Part shown: positions 61,301-64,000 of the stretch, in pieces
Layout of the letters: each line of letters begins with the position of its first letter
How positions within the stretch are numbered: position 1 is the first letter of the stretch
From: Raillietiella orientalis
Lineage: Eukaryota
DNA length: 64,000 nucleotides
Direction of reading: 5' to 3'
Assembly (NCBI GenBank): GCA_036172245.1
Contig: JAYWIR010000001.1
Coordinates: 4,092,001 to 4,156,000 of the forward strand
Made by a program: the position numbers and the translations under genes
The notes under the pieces: model-generated
The model's input: only the letters and a program-made list of their open reading frames with translations
The model's database searches: none
What the model was told of the DNA's origin: nothing

Positions 61301-64000
61301 AGCAACGCCCCGAAGATCATCAGAATAAAAGCCTGTCGAGTGGAAAAAGAAAAATTTTAAGAAAATGGAAAACAAATCCCGATCTTCCATCAGATGGAGG
61401 AGAATAACTGTTGTAGTGAATTTGGGGGGGTGTGAATCTCTATAAACAGAAATGAAAGTTCATTTTTTACAAACTCGCGATTTCTCATCCTGCGGGTGGA
61501 AACCTCCCAAGGTGGTGCAGAGCCGATCAACACTTCGGAGGCAGCCATTTCGTTCCTCACAACCGTTAGCGATCAGGATGCATTCATCGTCTGCCTCCGA
61601 AATCATCTGCTCAGAATGCAGATGCACGGGGACGTGCATCTTGCAAGTACTGCTGTGACCTTACATATCCTTCTAATCAACGCACCGGAATTTTTGCCAC
61701 AGACAAGTGGAAGCTTCCTGATTCACGGTGTTCCTTTCTTTCTTCAGGGTTGTGTGGCTGCGAACCTTCTTGAAGCTGCAAAACCTCAACGGTGGACTTG
61801 GCGAGACAAAGGCGGGGCTGTAACTTGGCCGGACTTGAGTGGACTATGAGATGGGATTTCCACCCGAAGAGATTGTCCCACCTTGTGCGTATCGGGCACT
61901 TCGATTGGCAACGAGATTGCTGTGCCGGTGCTTGGGTATCAACCTGTGGGGAAGAGAATCGCACAACACAGGGCAGGCACAAGAACCTTTCTCTGATTCG
62001 CGATACATGCTTCTGGTGCTTTCCACCCCATGTAGAAGAACAGTGATCATCATCAAGGAGTGACTTGGACAGGAGGTCTCTTGCTCCTCCACACACGAAG
62101 AAATTCGTTTCCCGCGCCAGCGTTTTGGTTCAGGTCCAGCCACCGATGAAGCAACACTTTCCAAGGTCATGAAGATAGGAAACGAGCACTTTTTTGGCTT
62201 GCTTCTGCAGTGATGATCCCGTACAGCGTGCATGCAAGAGACAAGACGGTGCCTGCCTTTCCTTCTGTTCGTTAACAAAACGAATTATTTCGAATGGAAA
62301 CATTTCACTCAAACTGAGATGGCATGCAGGTTTCACCCTTTAATTATCATGAGTAATGGAAGCTGCGGCTTCCCAGAACTGTGAAAATGCTTTCCAATAA
62401 AATCAACTTTCCATATAATCTTGGAGGAGCTTGAAAAAGGAAGCCAGTGAAACCTAAGTGGATGTCGTGCTTAATTGCAGTGCATTAACAAGAAAGAATG
62501 GGTTTCGTCGCTCAGCTTTCAAAGCCCGAGTTCAGCGAGCGTTTCCTTCCTTACGGATAAAGACGGAAAAAATGACGATTCGTGATTTAGTAAGCCCACG
62601 CAGCTTCTTACGTAATTCTGCACCAGTCGGAGCAGGAAGATATATCTGATAGCGGAATCGCCGATCGAGACGAGATGAAACTTCCGTAATTTTTGATGAA
62701 TAATACGAAGATCCACTGACATGGAACGAGCAGTCCCTCCTGAACTTGAGTTTCCAGGAAACCGTTAGTGCTGCGGTGGGTAGTGTAAAAGCAAATTCAT
62801 CTCATTTCAAGCTACCCTTCTTGATTTGAGAAAGAAAAAAAAAAAAAAGACATCAACACTGACAGATACTTTCCTCGCGACGGATTAACTTAAAATGTGC
62901 CAAGATTTCAGGATGGAACGGAAGCAGCTAAGAGGGAAAATCTTTTCTAGCAATCAGGAAATGGGCAGACTGACGTGCCTGCATTTCCTGTTCCACAAGA
63001 TTCACTTTCACTGTAATCGGATTTTCTTCTACAAATTTGAAAGTCATGAGAAAATGATAATCTCTGGACCTTTCCCGGAACTGCAATCTAGAGAATCTAA
63101 AGTGTCCCAAGGGCAAGTCCACAAGCGGTAGCCTGGGAAGGAACAAACATTCTTTATCTCTATAACTCACCCGCCATCCCTAAAATCAGAGAATGTCGGG
63201 ATCGGCTATGATGATGGGAGCCTCGGTGAGCGAGAGAAACGAATTTCAGGATGTAGGTTTCCATCAGGAAAACGACCTTCATCTCACTCCATTCAGTGCA
63301 CGTAGTGCCGTTATAGAGATCCACCCTGAAATTCCTGAAACGAAATTTCCGTGTCTGGAAAGCAAGAAGCTTTGCCAACTTTGGGAAGAAAGCATTTTGT
63401 TCCTGTAGCCATCGCAAAAGAGGGAGACGATTGACAGGCACTGTAAGCGTAAAGTGGGGATTGAATATTGTAAATGCTATGGTTTAGAAACCCAGCTGCG
63501 AATTGTGGTTCTTCAGCGCTGCGTTAATGGCAGCATCCTCTGGAGTAGGGTGTGTAGTGAGGTTGAAAACTTCATTGCCACGAGCAGTAAGTTCCTCATG
63601 GGTCAACTACGAGGAACTTTCGAGGTCATTGCATCAGGGAACATTCAACTGCAGAACAGGCTTTCTTGAGTGAGGTTGAGTTTACGAATCACTTCCATCC
63701 GACGAGAGTCATTCTGCGACCAGATGCTTCTTTGCATCTTCAGCTTCATCGCAATCATTTTCCTATTCTCATTTTCCTTATGCTAGTCCTTCAAAAAGGA
63801 CGCTGTTAATAGCATGACTGACTTATTTTCATCAAGCGAAACCGTACGTAAGCTGCCACAGCAGAGCATTCAGAGATCTCATCCCTTACGTACACTGTCC
63901 ATCTTGAGTTAATGTCAATCAAGTTTCAGCAGTTATTTTTTTTTTTTTTTCACACAAGGAGAGATTAAAAGTGCACAGATTCTGTGGATCAGAGAAGGTG

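Noticed and set aside
1-64000. tRNA, rRNA, CRISPR array or prokaryotic operon
   Set aside because: None recognised by eye: no regularly spaced repeats and no dense intact ORFs. A tRNAscan-SE or Infernal run would be needed to exclude RNA genes formally.

Overview
Repeat-rich eukaryotic genomic DNA. I cannot assign the organism, and I found no intact, recognisable host gene, RNA gene or CRISPR array. Most ORFs in the track are shadow frames of decayed repeats. About half of the window is nested, truncated, frameshifted L1/Tx1-type non-LTR retrotransposon (LINE) remnants on both strands. The most complete copy (minus strand, about 20932-23870) still shows RT domains 0-7 (KSPGEDRLP, WRPITLMN, RAFD, RQG, YADD, KYLG) and a C-terminal CCHC knuckle. 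The most notable signal is that seven copies from two diverged subfamilies end in the same short terminus (AATAAA plus a ~20-nt GC hairpin, with at most a few A's). Six of the seven also carry a second hairpin upstream, five of them with a CUGC-type loop. Both hairpins show compensatory base changes, which suggests a structure-recognised ('stringent') 3' end. A second LINE group has its own covarying hairpin. Other features: a near-identical 1.2-kb inverted duplication (2454-3648 / 27454-28647); two AT-rich, strongly G>C-skewed blocks with decayed coding-like frames (about 11030-17650 and 31890-34300), the first containing a perfect 18-bp hairpin beside a direct repeat; and a ~135-bp direct repeat ending in (AACCT)n that brackets a possible Tc1/IS630 transposase remnant. 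Remnant boundaries are approximate and were read by eye.
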